A DNA stretch of 64,000 bases from an uncultured Alphaproteobacteria bacterium (GTDB lineage Bacteria; Pseudomonadota; Alphaproteobacteria; Rhizobiales; Xanthobacteraceae): the NCBI GenBank assembly GCA_963755055.1, contig CAVWIS010000004.1, forward strand, positions 125,478-189,477, read 5' to 3'. A program made the position numbers and the translations under genes. Positions within the stretch are counted from its first letter, which is position 1, and every line of letters begins with the position of its first letter. Under the pieces are notes generated by a model that saw nothing but the letters and a program-made list of their open reading frames with translations, searched no databases and had not been told where the DNA came from. Below are positions 9,615-19,713 of the stretch, piece after piece.

Positions 9615-10484
9615 TCAGCGGCCGTATTTCCGCTGCAGCACCGATTGCGACACGACCGTGATGGCGACCGTCACCAGCATCAGCACGAATGCCAGCGCGG
9701 CGCCGAACGGCCAGTTCTGCGAGCTCGCGATCTGGTCGTAGATGGTCTGCGCCATCATCTGGAAACCCGGCCCGCCGAGCAACAGCGGGGTCGCGTAGGC
9801 GTTCATCGTCAGGATGAAGCCGAGCGAGGCGCCGGCGATGACCCCCGGCATGGCGAGCGGCAGGATGATGCGGGCGAGCACCGTTGCCGGCGGAGCGCCG
9901 AGCGTGCGGGCGGCCTCCTCGAGCGAGCCGTCGATGCCCTCGATGACCGCCTGGAGGGTGAGGATCATGTAGGGCGTGATGATCGCCACGATGCCGATGA
10001 GCACCGCCGTCTCGGTGTAGAGAATGCGCGTCGAGGGCCGGATCAGGCCGACACCCGCCAGCGCCACGGTGGCGAGACCGCGGGTGTCGAGCAGCGCCAT
10101 CCACCCGGCCGCACGCACCACGTTGCCGACCAGCAGCGGAAACACCACGAGCACGACCAGGAAGCTCTTGAGCCGGGTCCTGGTGCGCGCCAGGAAGTAG
10201 GCGGTCGGAAAGGCGAGCACCAGGCTGATCACGGTGCAGACCAGCGCCACCCGCAGCGTGGTCCACAGCACCCGGTGATAGAACGGGTCGGCCAGGAATT
10301 TTCCGTAGTTCTCCGCCGTCAGCGCGTCCTGCATGAACTGCCCGGGCACGAACCTGTTGAGGCTGTAGCGCAACATGATCAGCATCGGCGCGACCAGCGC
10401 GACGAGGACGACGAACGTCGCCGGCCCGACGAGCGCCAGTGCGGTCACGGATCGTGTGCCGGGGGAGGAAACGGCGTCACGCAC
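9615..10484 (-). CDS. ABC transporter permease, spermidine/putrescine (PotB/PotH-like) family
   Basis: Binding-protein-dependent transport permease; the EAA-like motif IEGIDGSLEEAARTLGAPPATVLARIILPLAMPG. Confidence 0.8.
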   Translation of the reverse strand: MRDAVSSPGTRSVTALALVGPATFVVLVALVAPMLIMLRYSLNRFVPGQFMQDALTAENYGKFLADPFYHRVLWTTLRVALVCTVISLVLAFPTAYFLARTRTRLKSFLVVLVVFPLLVGNVVRAAGWMALLDTRGLATVALAGVGLIRPSTRILYTETAVLIGIVAIITPYMILTLQAVIEGIDGSLEEAARTLGAPPATVLARIILPLAMPGVIAGASLGFILTMNAYATPLLLGGPGFQMMAQTIYDQIASSQNWPFGAALAFVLMLVTVAITVVSQSVLQRKYGR

Positions 10485-10496
10485 GAGGACCCGCCG

Positions 10497-11549
10497 TCAA
10501 CTGAGGAAGCTCTTGCTCCACCACTCACCCCACGCGGAAAAATTCGCCGCCACATAGGCTTGGTCCTCCTCGAAGAAGTTGGCGCGATCGGCCTCGGAAA
10601 AACCGATCTCGCGCATCACCTCGTCGGGAACCCCGGAATTGGTGACGGTCGGCACGTAGCCCATGCTCTTTGCAAACCCCGCCTGACCGGCCGGGCTGAG
10701 CATGGCGTCGAGATAGGAAAAGCCGCAGTCGGGAGCCCGGGCGTTCTTCGGCACGGCGGCGCGATAGACCACCGGCACCGCTCCCTCCTTGGGCACCGCA
10801 GTTCTCAGCGGCATCCCGGACTGCTGCCACATGTAGCCGCGTGCGCGCCAGTTCGGCGTGAGCCAGACGTCGCCCTGCTTCAGCCCCGCGGCCAGCGCCT
10901 CCTGGGATGGGTAGACCCGCGGCTCGAGCGCCTTGAGCTCCATGAGCATCGCCTTGCCGACCTCGTAGTTCTTGGCATTGCCTCCCGCCAGGATCGCCGC
11001 AATGGCGAACCAGTTGACCCACAGGTGGCGCTGGATGCCGACGCGTCCGCGGTACTTCGGGTTCCAGAAGATCGCGTAGCTCTCCGGCGCCGCCTTGATC
11101 TCATCCTTGTTGTAGACGATGACCTGGGCGCTGTAGATGTGCGGCACCGACCAGGGGTCGGCGAATCCGTCGCGAATATTTTTGGCATTGGGAATTTTCG
11201 CGAGGTCGAGCTCGCGCAGCACGCCCGCCTCACGGATCTGGAACATGTCCGGCACGTTGAGATGCACGACATCGATCGAGCCGCGCGGCAGCGGGCGTTC
11301 GGCCAACAGCTTGGTGATGCGCTGGGCCGGCCGGGTGACGTCGTGGAGGATCTCCACGCCGCCGCCGCGCAGCGACGGCTCGACGAAGTCCATGAGGAAT
11401 TTCTGGTAGTCGCCGCCCCAGGTGGTGACCGCCACCTGCTGGCAGGCGGCCGCGCGGCTTCGTCGCGGCAGGGCGAGGCTCGCACCGCCCAATGCGGCCG
11501 CGCCGAGCACTGCTCGCCGGCTGAAGCCTTGTCCATCAGGGCGCGTCAT
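10497..11549 (-). CDS. ABC transporter substrate-binding protein (PotD/PotF-like polyamine-binding family), Tat signal
   Basis: MTRPDGQGFSRRAVLGAAALGGASLALP signal, then a PotD-type fold (WGGDYQKF..., ...WNPKYRGR...). Confidence 0.75.
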   Translation of the reverse strand: MTRPDGQGFSRRAVLGAAALGGASLALPRRSRAAACQQVAVTTWGGDYQKFLMDFVEPSLRGGGVEILHDVTRPAQRITKLLAERPLPRGSIDVVHLNVPDMFQIREAGVLRELDLAKIPNAKNIRDGFADPWSVPHIYSAQVIVYNKDEIKAAPESYAIFWNPKYRGRVGIQRHLWVNWFAIAAILAGGNAKNYEVGKAMLMELKALEPRVYPSQEALAAGLKQGDVWLTPNWRARGYMWQQSGMPLRTAVPKEGAVPVVYRAAVPKNARAPDCGFSYLDAMLSPAGQAGFAKSMGYVPTVTNSGVPDEVMREIGFSEADRANFFEEDQAYVAANFSAWGEWWSKSFLS

Positions 11550-11558
11550 CGCTCTCTC

Positions 11559-12650
11559 CTATTCGCCGGACACGACCAGCGCGCAGTCGGCGGGCCATGA
11601 CAGGTGGACTTGCTGGCCGACATCGTGGCGGCCGATCAGCTCGACCCGATCGTTGGAGGTGTGCGCGATCAGCCGATCGCCGGACGCGAGCACGACCGCG
11701 AGCTCGGTCCGCGCGCCGAAATACACCACGGATTCCACGCGGGCGGCAAACATATTGGCCGCGCCCTGCGGCGGCTCGGCGTGGACGGCGATCTTCTCTG
11801 GCCGTACCGCAAGCGCAGTTCCCCCGGCAGAGCAGGCGTCCGGGTCGAAGCGGATCTCGGCGCCGCGCGCGGTGCGGAAGACGTCGCGGGCGACCACGCG
11901 GCCGGCCAGCACGTTGGAGCGGCCGATGAAGTCGGCGACGAAGACGCTGCGCGGCCGCTCATAAAGCTCGCGGGGCGCTCCGATCTGCCGGATCGTGCCC
12001 TCGTTCATCACCACCAGCCGGTCCGCGATCGTCAGCGCCTCCTCCTGGTCGTGGGTGACGAACACCGCGGTGACGCCGAGCGCCTGCTGAACTTTTCGGA
12101 TCTCGCCACGCACCTCCAGGCGCAATTTGGCGTCGAGGTTCGACATCGGCTCGTCGAGCAGGAGTACCGCCGGCTCGATCGCCAGGGCGCGGGCCAGCGC
12201 CACGCGCTGCTGCTGGCCGCCGGACAGCTCCTTCGGGTAGCGCTCCGCATGGCCGTCGAGCCGCACCAGCTCCAGCGCCTGGGCGACCCGCCGCGCGGTC
12301 TCGGCAGCGGGGATTTTTCGCATCTCCAGGCCGAAGGCGACGTTCTGGGCCGCCGTCATGTGGGGAAACAGCGCGTAGCCCTGGAACACCATGCCGGTGT
12401 TGCGGCGGTGCACCGGCATGCCGGTGACGTCGCGCTCGCCGATCAGGATCCGCCCGCGCGTCGCATCGGTGAGGCCGGCGATCATGCGCAGGACCGTGGT
12501 CTTGCCGCAGCCGCTGGGGCCGAGCAGCGCCAGCATCTCGCCGGCGCCGACATCGAGCGTGAGGTCCGTGACCGCGTGGACCGACCCGTAGGATTTCGAC
12601 AGGCCGACGAGGCGGACATGCGGCGCGCCGGCGGACGTGGCGGAGGGCAT
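11559..12650 (-). CDS. ABC transporter ATP-binding protein (PotA-like)
   Basis: MPSATSAGAPHVRLVGLSKSYG...GPSGCGKTTVLRMIAGL...LSGGQQQRVALARAL plus a TOBE-like C-terminal domain. The 628-aa ORF 11559..13445 is an artefactual fusion with the upstream permease region; the real start is the ATG at 12650, which overlaps the permease stop. Confidence 0.85.
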   Translation of the reverse strand: MPSATSAGAPHVRLVGLSKSYGSVHAVTDLTLDVGAGEMLALLGPSGCGKTTVLRMIAGLTDATRGRILIGERDVTGMPVHRRNTGMVFQGYALFPHMTAAQNVAFGLEMRKIPAAETARRVAQALELVRLDGHAERYPKELSGGQQQRVALARALAIEPAVLLLDEPMSNLDAKLRLEVRGEIRKVQQALGVTAVFVTHDQEEALTIADRLVVMNEGTIRQIGAPRELYERPRSVFVADFIGRSNVLAGRVVARDVFRTARGAEIRFDPDACSAGGTALAVRPEKIAVHAEPPQGAANMFAARVESVVYFGARTELAVVLASGDRLIAHTSNDRVELIGRHDVGQQVHLSWPADCALVVSGE

Positions 12651-13501
12651 CAGACCACCCGGCTCAGCTGGACGAACCGGTCGGTGACCATGATCGCCGT
12701 GCCGATGATGACGATCTGCACCACCGAGACCGCCGCGATGGTGGGATCGAGGTTGAAGGTGAGATACTGCAGGATCGCGATCGGCAGGGTGGTGCGGCCG
12801 GGACCGACCAGGAACAGGGTCATCTCCAGGTTCCCGAACGAGGTGATGAAGCCGAACAGCGCCGCGGCGATGAGGCCCGGCCGGATCAGCGGCAGGGTCA
12901 CGCGCCAGAACGTCGCCATGACGGTGGCGCCGAGATTGCGTGCCGCCTCCTCGACCGCCGGGTCGATGCCGACGAGGCTCGCCGAGATCAGCCGGACGGT
13001 CCACGGGATGGTGATGGCGATGTGGGCGAGAACGAGCCCCGGCAGCGTGCCGGCAAGCTCCAGCCCCAATGCGAGATCGATCTGGATGTAGAAGATGTAG
13101 ATCGCGGTCCCCGCCACGATGCCGGGCACGATCAGCGGCGCCAGCAGCAGGTTGGCGAGCACGTCGCGGCCGACGAACCGCAGGCGCACCAGCGCCACGC
13201 TCGCCAGCGCCCCGGCGACGAGGCCGCTCGCCATGGCGACCAGCGCCACCTCGAAGCTGGTGGCGAAGCCGCGGACGAAGGTCGCCTGGCGAAAAATGTT
13301 GGCGTACCAGGCGAGCGTGTAGCCGTCGGGCGGGAAGGCAATGATCTCGTTGGAGAAGAAGCTGACCCAGACGATCATCACGATGGGCAGCAGGATGAAC
13401 GCATAGACCGCGACGGCGGCGAGCCGCAACCAGATCCATCCCCAATGGCGCGCACTGCGGCGATCACCGTCGCGATCGACGCCAGCCTTCGGCCCGGTCA
13501 T
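12650..13501 (-). CDS. ABC transporter permease (PotC/PotI-like)
   Basis: Multi-pass permease, ...HIAITIPWTVRLISASLVGIDPAVEEAARNLGATVMATFWRVTLPLIRPG. Start assigned to MTGPKAG... (ATG about 13501). Confidence 0.75.
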   Translation of the reverse strand: MTGPKAGVDRDGDRRSARHWGWIWLRLAAVAVYAFILLPIVMIVWVSFFSNEIIAFPPDGYTLAWYANIFRQATFVRGFATSFEVALVAMASGLVAGALASVALVRLRFVGRDVLANLLLAPLIVPGIVAGTAIYIFYIQIDLALGLELAGTLPGLVLAHIAITIPWTVRLISASLVGIDPAVEEAARNLGATVMATFWRVTLPLIRPGLIAAALFGFITSFGNLEMTLFLVGPGRTTLPIAILQYLTFNLDPTIAAVSVVQIVIIGTAIMVTDRFVQLSRVV

Positions 13502-13648
13502 GTCGCCGTCCTCGATCCCAAAAATCACGAAACCGCCGCAACCGGCCGCCAGGAATCAGCAATATTGCATCGCCGTCGGCCTGGCGACAATCGCCCGGTC
13601 ATGCGGCATGTTCTTGAATTCCCCGGTCGCGACGCCCTATAGGACCAC

Positions 13649-14705
13649 CATGAAGCTCGTGTTCAGCGACAGGCAGCTGGCGCACCGGCCGCTGCAATAC
13701 ATGGTTCATGGGCGGATCGTCGACCCGTTCGAGAACCCGAACCGCGCCGAGGCCCTGATCGAGGCGCTGGGGCCCGCCGGGCTGACGCGCACCGAGCCCA
13801 AGGATTTCGGCCATCGGCCGATCATGAAGGCCCATTCGTACCATTACGTGACGTTCCTGCAGGACGCCTATCAGCGCTTCATCGAGCTCGAGGAGCATGG
13901 GCCGGAAGTGCTTCCCAACGTCCATCCCTATCTGGGCGCCGGCCCCGGCCTGGAGCCGCGCGGCCGCCCCCGGCCGACCGGGATCATCGGCCGCGCCGGC
14001 TGGTATCTCGGCGACTTGTCCTGCGCCGTCATGGAGCACACCTACGACGCCGCCTACTGGTCGGGGCAGACCGCCGCGGCCGGCGCCGAGGCGTTGCGCG
14101 CCGGCGAGCGCGCCGCCTATGCGCTCTGCCGCCCACCCGGCCACCACGCCTATGCGGATCGCGCCTCCGGCTTCTGCTATCTCAACAACGCGGCGATCGC
14201 GGCGGAAGTGCTGCGCAACGATTTTTCCAAGGTCGCCATCGTGGATTTCGATACCCATCATGGCGATGGCACCCAGGCGATCTTCTATGCGCGCGCCGAC
14301 GTCTTCTACGGCTCGGTGCATACCGACCCGTCGGCCTACTATCCGCACTATTTCGGCTATGCGGACGAGACCGGGACCGGCGACGGCCAGGGCGCCAACC
14401 TCAACCTGCCGCTGGCGCAAGGTTCCGGCGACGACGCCTTCACCGACGCCACCATGCGGCTCGCCGAGGCGGCGAAGGCCCATGGCGCCGAGGTGCTGAT
14501 CGTCTCGGCGGGGTGGGACGCCCACCAGGACGACCCGCTGTCGCGGCTCGCGGTCACCACCGACGCCTATGCGCGCATCGGCGAGATTCTTGGCGCCCTC
14601 CGGCTGCCGACGCTGATCGTCCAGGAGGGCGGCTATTCGCTCGACGCGATCGTCGAGGCGGCGCCCGCCTTCGTCACGGCGTTTCGCGCCGCCGCCGGCG
14701 TCTGA
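13649..14705 (+). CDS. Histone-deacetylase-family amidohydrolase (acetylpolyamine amidohydrolase / acetoin-utilisation AcuC-like)
   Basis: MKLVFSDRQLAHRP...LCRPPGHHA...FCYLNNAAIAA...IVDFDTHHGDGTQ...YGSVHTDP: canonical HDAC/arginase-fold Zn-site motifs. Divergently placed from the Pot polyamine transporter operon. Confidence 0.8.
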
Positions 14706-14714
14706 AACCTCTGG

Positions 14715-15168
14715 TCAATCGACGACCCGCATCACTGCCTCGATCTCCACGGTGATCCGGCTGGGCAGCGAGCCCATGCCGACCGCCGAGCGCGCGTGCC
14801 GGCCGCGCTCGCCGAGGACCGCGACGAAAAGGTCGGAGCAGCCGTTGATGACTTTCGGCTGGTCGCCGAAATCCGGCACCGCATTGACCATGCCCAGCAC
14901 CTTCAGCACCTCGACCTTGTCGAGACTGCCGGCGGCGAGCTTGGCCACCGCCAGCAGGCCGAGGCCGACCAGCTGCGCGTGCTGGGTGGCCTCCTCGACG
15001 GTGACGTCGAGGCCGACCTTGCCGGTATGCATCCTGCCGTCCGCCATGCGCGGCCCCTGCCCCGACAGATAGATCACCTGCCCGTCGCGGCGGAACGGCA
15101 CGTAGCTGCCGAGCGGCGTCGGCACCGGCGGCAGCGTCAATCCCAGCTCCCTGAGCTTGTCCTCGGCG
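14715..15168 (-). CDS. RidA/YjgF (Rid) family protein
   Basis: MSAEDKLRELGLTLPPVP...GQVIYLSGQGP...ARSAVGMGSLPSRITVEIEAV. The 348-aa ORF 14715..15761 has a spurious N-terminal extension overlapping the upstream amidohydrolase. Confidence 0.8.
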
Positions 15169-15169
15169 C

Positions 15170-16345
15170 TCATGCGGCGTTCTCCAGCCTGGGGAATTTT
15201 GTCTGGTCGTTCGGGTGCCACCATTTGCCGGCGATGACGACACCTTCCGACAGGATGCGCTGGTCGCCAGTCAGATGCTCGCCGACCACGTCCACATAGT
15301 CGAATTTTCCCTTCCGCACGCTGATGATCGTGGCGTCGCCGACGCTGCCCGGCTTGAGGGTGCCGAGCTCGTGACGCTTGAGGGCGATGGCGGCGTTGTA
15401 GGTGGACGCCGCGATCACGTCGCCGAGCGGCATGCCCATGCACAGGAATTTCGACAGGGTGGTGACCTGGTCGAAGGCCGGGCCCTCGATGCACAGCGCG
15501 TGGATGTCCGACGAGATGGTGTCGGGATAGAAGCCGTTGGCCAGCATGCCGCGCGCGGTCTTGAAGGCGAACGAGCCCTTGCCGTGGCCGATGTCGAACT
15601 GCACGCCGCGTTCGCGCGCCTTGAGCACCGCCTGCTTGACCTTGCCCTGGCTGTCGAGGGGCGAGTTGGGAAAAGGCCGGAACGCGTGAGTCAGCACGTC
15701 GCCGCCGCGCAGCCGCTCCAGCACTTCCTCGTAGCTCGGCGGCGGGTGGTCGATGTGGCACATCAGCGGCATGCCGAGCTCGTTGGCGGCCTGCAGCGCC
15801 ATGTCGAGGGGCGCGGTGCCGGAGCGGCCGCTGGCATGCAGGCCGACCCGCACCTTGATGCCGACGATCACGTCGCGGTTGGCGTCCGCCACCGCCACCG
15901 CCTCGGCGGGCGCCAGCAGGCGGAGCTCCTCGCTCTCGCCCACCATGATGGTCTTCGAGAACCCGAAGATGCCGGCGAACGACACGTGCAGATAGGCGAG
16001 GATGCGCACCGCGCTCGGCTCGATCACGTGCTTGCGGAAGCCGGCAAAATTGCCCGGCCCGGCGCTGCCGGTATCGATGCAGGTGGTGACCCCGCTGGTA
16101 CGGCAGAATTCCTCGGCGTCGATGCCGAGCGAGGTGCCGCCCCAGTAGACGTGGGTGTGCAGGTCGATCAGGCCGGGGGTCACGATGTAGCCCTTGACGT
16201 CGCGCACCTCGGTCCCCTTCTCGGGGCGCAGGTCGCCGTCGATCCGCGCGACCTTGCCGCCCGCGAAGGCGACGTCCGCGACGCGGTCTACCCGCTGTGA
16301 CGGGTCGATCACGTGCCCACCCTTCAGGATCAGATCGAATGCCAT
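15170..16345 (-). CDS. Amidohydrolase-family metallo-hydrolase (dihydroorotase / deacetylase-like)
   Basis: MAFDLILKGGHVIDPSQ...PGLIDLHTHVYWGG...MCHIDHP...DIGHGKGSF: amidohydrolase metal ligands. Confidence 0.75.
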   Translation of the reverse strand: MAFDLILKGGHVIDPSQRVDRVADVAFAGGKVARIDGDLRPEKGTEVRDVKGYIVTPGLIDLHTHVYWGGTSLGIDAEEFCRTSGVTTCIDTGSAGPGNFAGFRKHVIEPSAVRILAYLHVSFAGIFGFSKTIMVGESEELRLLAPAEAVAVADANRDVIVGIKVRVGLHASGRSGTAPLDMALQAANELGMPLMCHIDHPPPSYEEVLERLRGGDVLTHAFRPFPNSPLDSQGKVKQAVLKARERGVQFDIGHGKGSFAFKTARGMLANGFYPDTISSDIHALCIEGPAFDQVTTLSKFLCMGMPLGDVIAASTYNAAIALKRHELGTLKPGSVGDATIISVRKGKFDYVDVVGEHLTGDQRILSEGVVIAGKWWHPNDQTKFPRLENAA

Positions 16346-16446
16346 GTCTCCTCCGTTCGGCCGACTGGCACGATGCTTAGCGGATCAGGCGCGCCCTGAA
16401 CAGATTTGGCCATGGTCCGCGTCCCTGCGAGGCGGACCAGGCGGTC

Positions 16447-17573
16447 CTACCGGTCATCGCTCTCCGGCGCGGGCATCGGCTCGGCCGGCCGGGTCTCCAG
16501 CCCGTTGAGCCGCCGGAGCAGAGAGGACGCAATCTTGCCAACGCCGCAGCGCCTCTGGTTCGCCAGGACGACCACGCCCGTGCGGCTCGACGGTGCGAAC
16601 ATCATCATGCTCGAATAGCCGGGCATCAGGCCGTCCTTCCACACGATGGGAGTGCCGTCGCGCAGGTTCCGCATGTGCCATCCGAGCCCGACGCCGCCGC
16701 GCTGACCGGTCGCGAAGCGCATCTGGTGCAAGGCGGGCAGCAGCGAATCGAGCGGCGAGCCGGCTTCGCCGAGCTCGAATGCGAGATAGCGCATCATGTC
16801 GCGCAGGGTGGAACGCATGGCGCCCGAGCCGCCCACGAACGGGAAGCCCGGCGTGAACTCGGTGGCGCGCTGCCCGTTCTCCCGAAAACCCCAGGCGAGA
16901 CGCGCATGCCGGGCTCTCGACAGCTCGATCGCGGTATCCGGCATCCCCAGCGGTCCGGTGATCACCTGGGCGTAGAGCTCATCGAGCGAGGCGCGATGGG
17001 CACGCTCGAGGGCAAGGCCGAGAATGTTCATGCCGGCATTGGAATAGAGGTACTCGGCGCCGGGCGCGCGGGTCAGCCGATAGTCGGCGAGAGAGGCCCA
17101 GACGGCGCCGGGCAGGAGCCGCGGTCCGCGGATCGGCAGCTGGCGCGGCAGACCGGAGGTATGGTCGGCAAGATGCAGAAGCCGGATCGGCTGGCCCTGC
17201 CAGCTCGGAACCGGCAACGGGGCGAATTTTTCCAGCGCATCGTCGATGCGCATCCTGCCCCGCTGATCCGCCCAGGCGAGCAGCGTCGTGGTGAAGGTCT
17301 TGGTGATCGATCCGATCTCGAACTCGGTATCGGCGGTCGGCACGCCATGGTTGCCGGTCGTGCCGAAGAAGCGCGCGGCGACGGTCTGTTCCTGCTTGGC
17401 GCCGACCGCAAGCCCGATGCAGGACGAATTCTCGGCGACCGCCTGATCGATCCAGCGACCGAGCTCCTCGGCGGTCGGCTGCGCGCCGGCGGGCATCGCG
17501 CCGATGAGGACCGACAGGCCGAGCAGCAGAGCCGGGGCGCTGCCACAGGCCCTGACGCGGAGCCCGCACGTCA
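16447..17573 (-). CDS. Serine hydrolase, class C beta-lactamase / esterase family, secreted
   Basis: Signal peptide MTCGLRVRACGSAPALLLGLSVLIGAMPAGAQ; SxxK motif SITKTF; YSN-like motif (YLYSNAG). Confidence 0.75.
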
Positions 17574-17955
17574 TCGTCTTCCTCCGTGTCCTCCGAAAGC
17601 GCGACGACTTTCCTTCGACGCACACCCGGACCAAGCGGATTCGACAACATTGTGAGATGCGCCTCGGCAGGTCAACGTCTGGCGCCGCATCCGTCTCACC
17701 GTGGGCCTGCCGATTGGGCAGCCTGCCCGGCGGACCAGGCGCAACCTGAACCGGTTCGGCGACCAGGCGCCTGACTGCTCCGGCATTTCGCGCCGGACGG
17801 ACCGCTCCTTGATCCGTTGTAGATTCGTTGTTTCCGTAGGTTCGTTGTTATTCAACCTCACGAAGAAATTTTCGCCGCCGCACGTCCCCAGCTTGCCGGC
17901 AGCGCCTGCGCGGCCCGAGGATCACGCCTTGCTCCGTTGCAGATTTCGTTGTTTT

Positions 17956-18075
17956 TCTCATTGTTCTCATTGTTCTCATTGTTCTCATTGTTCTCATTGT
18001 TCTCATTGTTCTCATTGTTCTCATTGTTCTCGTTGTTCTCGTTGTTCTCTCTCGTTGTTCTCGTTGTTCTCTCTC
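17956..18075. repeat. Tandem 9-nt repeat array: (TCTCATTGT) x8, degenerating to TCTCGTTGT units
   Basis: Perfect periodicity read directly from the sequence. Preceded by two copies of a roughly 25-bp direct repeat CCTTG(A/C)TCCGTTG(T/C)AGATT(T)CGTTGTTT at about 17808 and 17927. Lies about 350 bp upstream of the GG-leader peptide gene. Confidence 0.9.
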
Positions 18076-18423
18076 CTTGCTGCGTTGTTCCAGGCGCGGC
18101 CCGCCCCGCAAGCGCGGCCTCCTTGCGATCGCGGCCCGTCCGGCCGCGCGCTCTCGCGCTTCATCGACAGCACGATCTCCCGGCTCTCTCGACGCGAAGT
18201 CACTTCCGTTTGAGTACCCTATTAAGGGTAATATGTCAAGCGGTAAAGTGGCATGTGAGTTTCCGGCTGGCGCCCCTTGTCTTCGGCCGAGTCTCGGCAA
18301 AATCGCCGTCCAGGCGGGAAATCGCAGCAATTGTGACGACCGCCACAAACCGCGCAGTGCCCGCAGCCGACCCACAGCTGAGTGCGCGGACTTCACCGCA
18401 CACCGAACCGAAGGAGCAGCAAC

Positions 18424-18612
18424 ATGACCAAACCCGAGATGATCCGCGAGCTGACCGCCGACGAGGCGCAGATGGTCGCGGGCGGCTCGATCTTTAGCGT
18501 ACTGAGCCGTTACGTGGCCGTGCATCAGTGGGTGAGCCCTCTCGACACGCACTCCCTGAACCCGCAGCCCCTGCCGCCCGGCCCCGAGGCCGTCCGGCAG
18601 ATCATGGTCTGA
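18424..18612 (+). CDS. Small protein with double-glycine leader (62 aa): MTKPEMIRELTADEAQMVAGG | SIFSVLSRYVAVHQWVSPLDTHSLNPQPLPPGPEAVRQIMV
   Basis: Strong RBS AAGGAG 7 nt upstream of the ATG. The leader ends in the ELxxxExxxVxGG consensus of GG-type bacteriocin/RiPP leaders. The core has no Cys and is rich in aromatics and Pro. Confidence 0.6.
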   Translation: MTKPEMIRELTADEAQMVAGGSIFSVLSRYVAVHQWVSPLDTHSLNPQPLPPGPEAVRQIMV

Positions 18613-18790
18613 GCCGGGCGCGCGACCCGACCACATCAACAGGAGGGCGACGCCGGGTAACACCGGCGCCGCTTCTGGCGTTGCCTCGAGAACGTCGACA
18701 CCGTCCACGACCGGGCGTGCTTCACCAGGTTCGGGGCGGTTTCCGTCCGCTCCCGAAGGTGATGAACTGTGTCACGAAGTGAGCTGACGC

Positions 18791-19579
18791 CTATTTCTCG
18801 ACCTCGAACCCGGCCGCCGCATAAGCCTGCCTCGCCTCGGTGCCGGCCAGCGCCTGCAGGAATGCCTGGGCCGCCGCCTCATCGAGGGGACGCGCGCCCA
18901 GCACCGCCGAATAGGGCAGCGGGACCTGCAGCTCCTTCGGCAACGGCCCCACCAGCTTCGCCCCCGGGTGGCCGGCGATCTCGACCAGAACGCTCAGCGC
19001 AATCACGGTTCCGGGGCTCGTGTCCATTGCCAGCGTGGTCACGTTGGTACCCGCGGCCACGACCTGCGACTTGGCCTTGACCTCATCGGCCACGCCCAGG
19101 CGCTCGGCGAGGCGCAGCAGGAGCTGGCCCGAGGGCGTGACCTTGGGATCGTTGTAGATCACCTTGCTGGCTCCCAGCAGCGCCGCCCGCAGCGCGTCGG
19201 CGGTAGAAATGTCCGGGGCGGGGTCGCCGCTCCGCGTCGCCAGGCCGAAGCCCGTGGTGGCGAGCGGAACGCGACCGCGGCGGACCAGACCCTTGTCCTC
19301 GACCTCGGCCAGCGCGCCGTCGGTGAGAACGACCACGTCGGCATGCCGGCCGGCCTGCAGGGCCGCCACGATCTCGCCGGGGGCCGCCACGGTCATCTTG
19401 ACCGTGTGGCCGGAGCGCTTCTCGAAGGCAGCGGCCACCTCGGCGACGGCGCCGCGCAGGGCGACGGACACCGGGACCTGCAGCTCGGACGCCTGAGTCA
19501 CGGGCATCGCGCCCAGGAGCGACCCCGACAGAAATGCTGCCACCCGCAATGCCCGCCCGGCGCGCGATCGATGCATCAT
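18791..19579 (-). CDS. Periplasmic substrate-binding protein, ModA-like (molybdate/tungstate/sulfate-binding fold)
   Basis: Signal peptide, then ...VKMTVAAPGEIVAALQAGRHADVVVLTDGALAEVEDKGLV..: type-II periplasmic binding protein, ModA family pattern. Confidence 0.6.
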   Translation of the reverse strand: MMHRSRAGRALRVAAFLSGSLLGAMPVTQASELQVPVSVALRGAVAEVAAAFEKRSGHTVKMTVAAPGEIVAALQAGRHADVVVLTDGALAEVEDKGLVRRGRVPLATTGFGLATRSGDPAPDISTADALRAALLGASKVIYNDPKVTPSGQLLLRLAERLGVADEVKAKSQVVAAGTNVTTLAMDTSPGTVIALSVLVEIAGHPGAKLVGPLPKELQVPLPYSAVLGARPLDEAAAQAFLQALAGTEARQAYAAAGFEVEK

Positions 19580-19713
19580 GATCCCTCCATCAGCCTTGTC
19601 GGAATATCCGACATTCCGGCTCGCATCCGGCCCTGACGGTTCCTCGCCATCGTTGGAGTAGTCCGGGTTGCGCGGTGGTCTGCGATCCGAGCGGCATCTC
19701 CTACTTCAACCGC

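Noticed and set aside
11559-13445. 628-aa ORF spanning the PotA and permease regions
   Set aside because: The N-terminal 260 aa are a low-complexity out-of-frame read of the permease gene. The ATPase starts at MPSATSAG (12650) with its own overlap-coupled start.
14715-15761. 348-aa extended ORF for RidA
   Set aside because: The N-terminal extension overlaps the amidohydrolase gene in another frame. RidA homology begins at MSAEDKL (15168).
17956-18075. CRISPR array
   Set aside because: The repeat unit is only 9 nt with no unique spacers and no cas genes; it is a simple tandem repeat.
17701-18213. ORFs encoding CSHCSHCSH… / LFSLFSLFS… / RTMRTMRTM… over the 9-mer array
   Set aside because: Artefact of translating a tandem 9-nt repeat; there is no coding bias outside the repeat.
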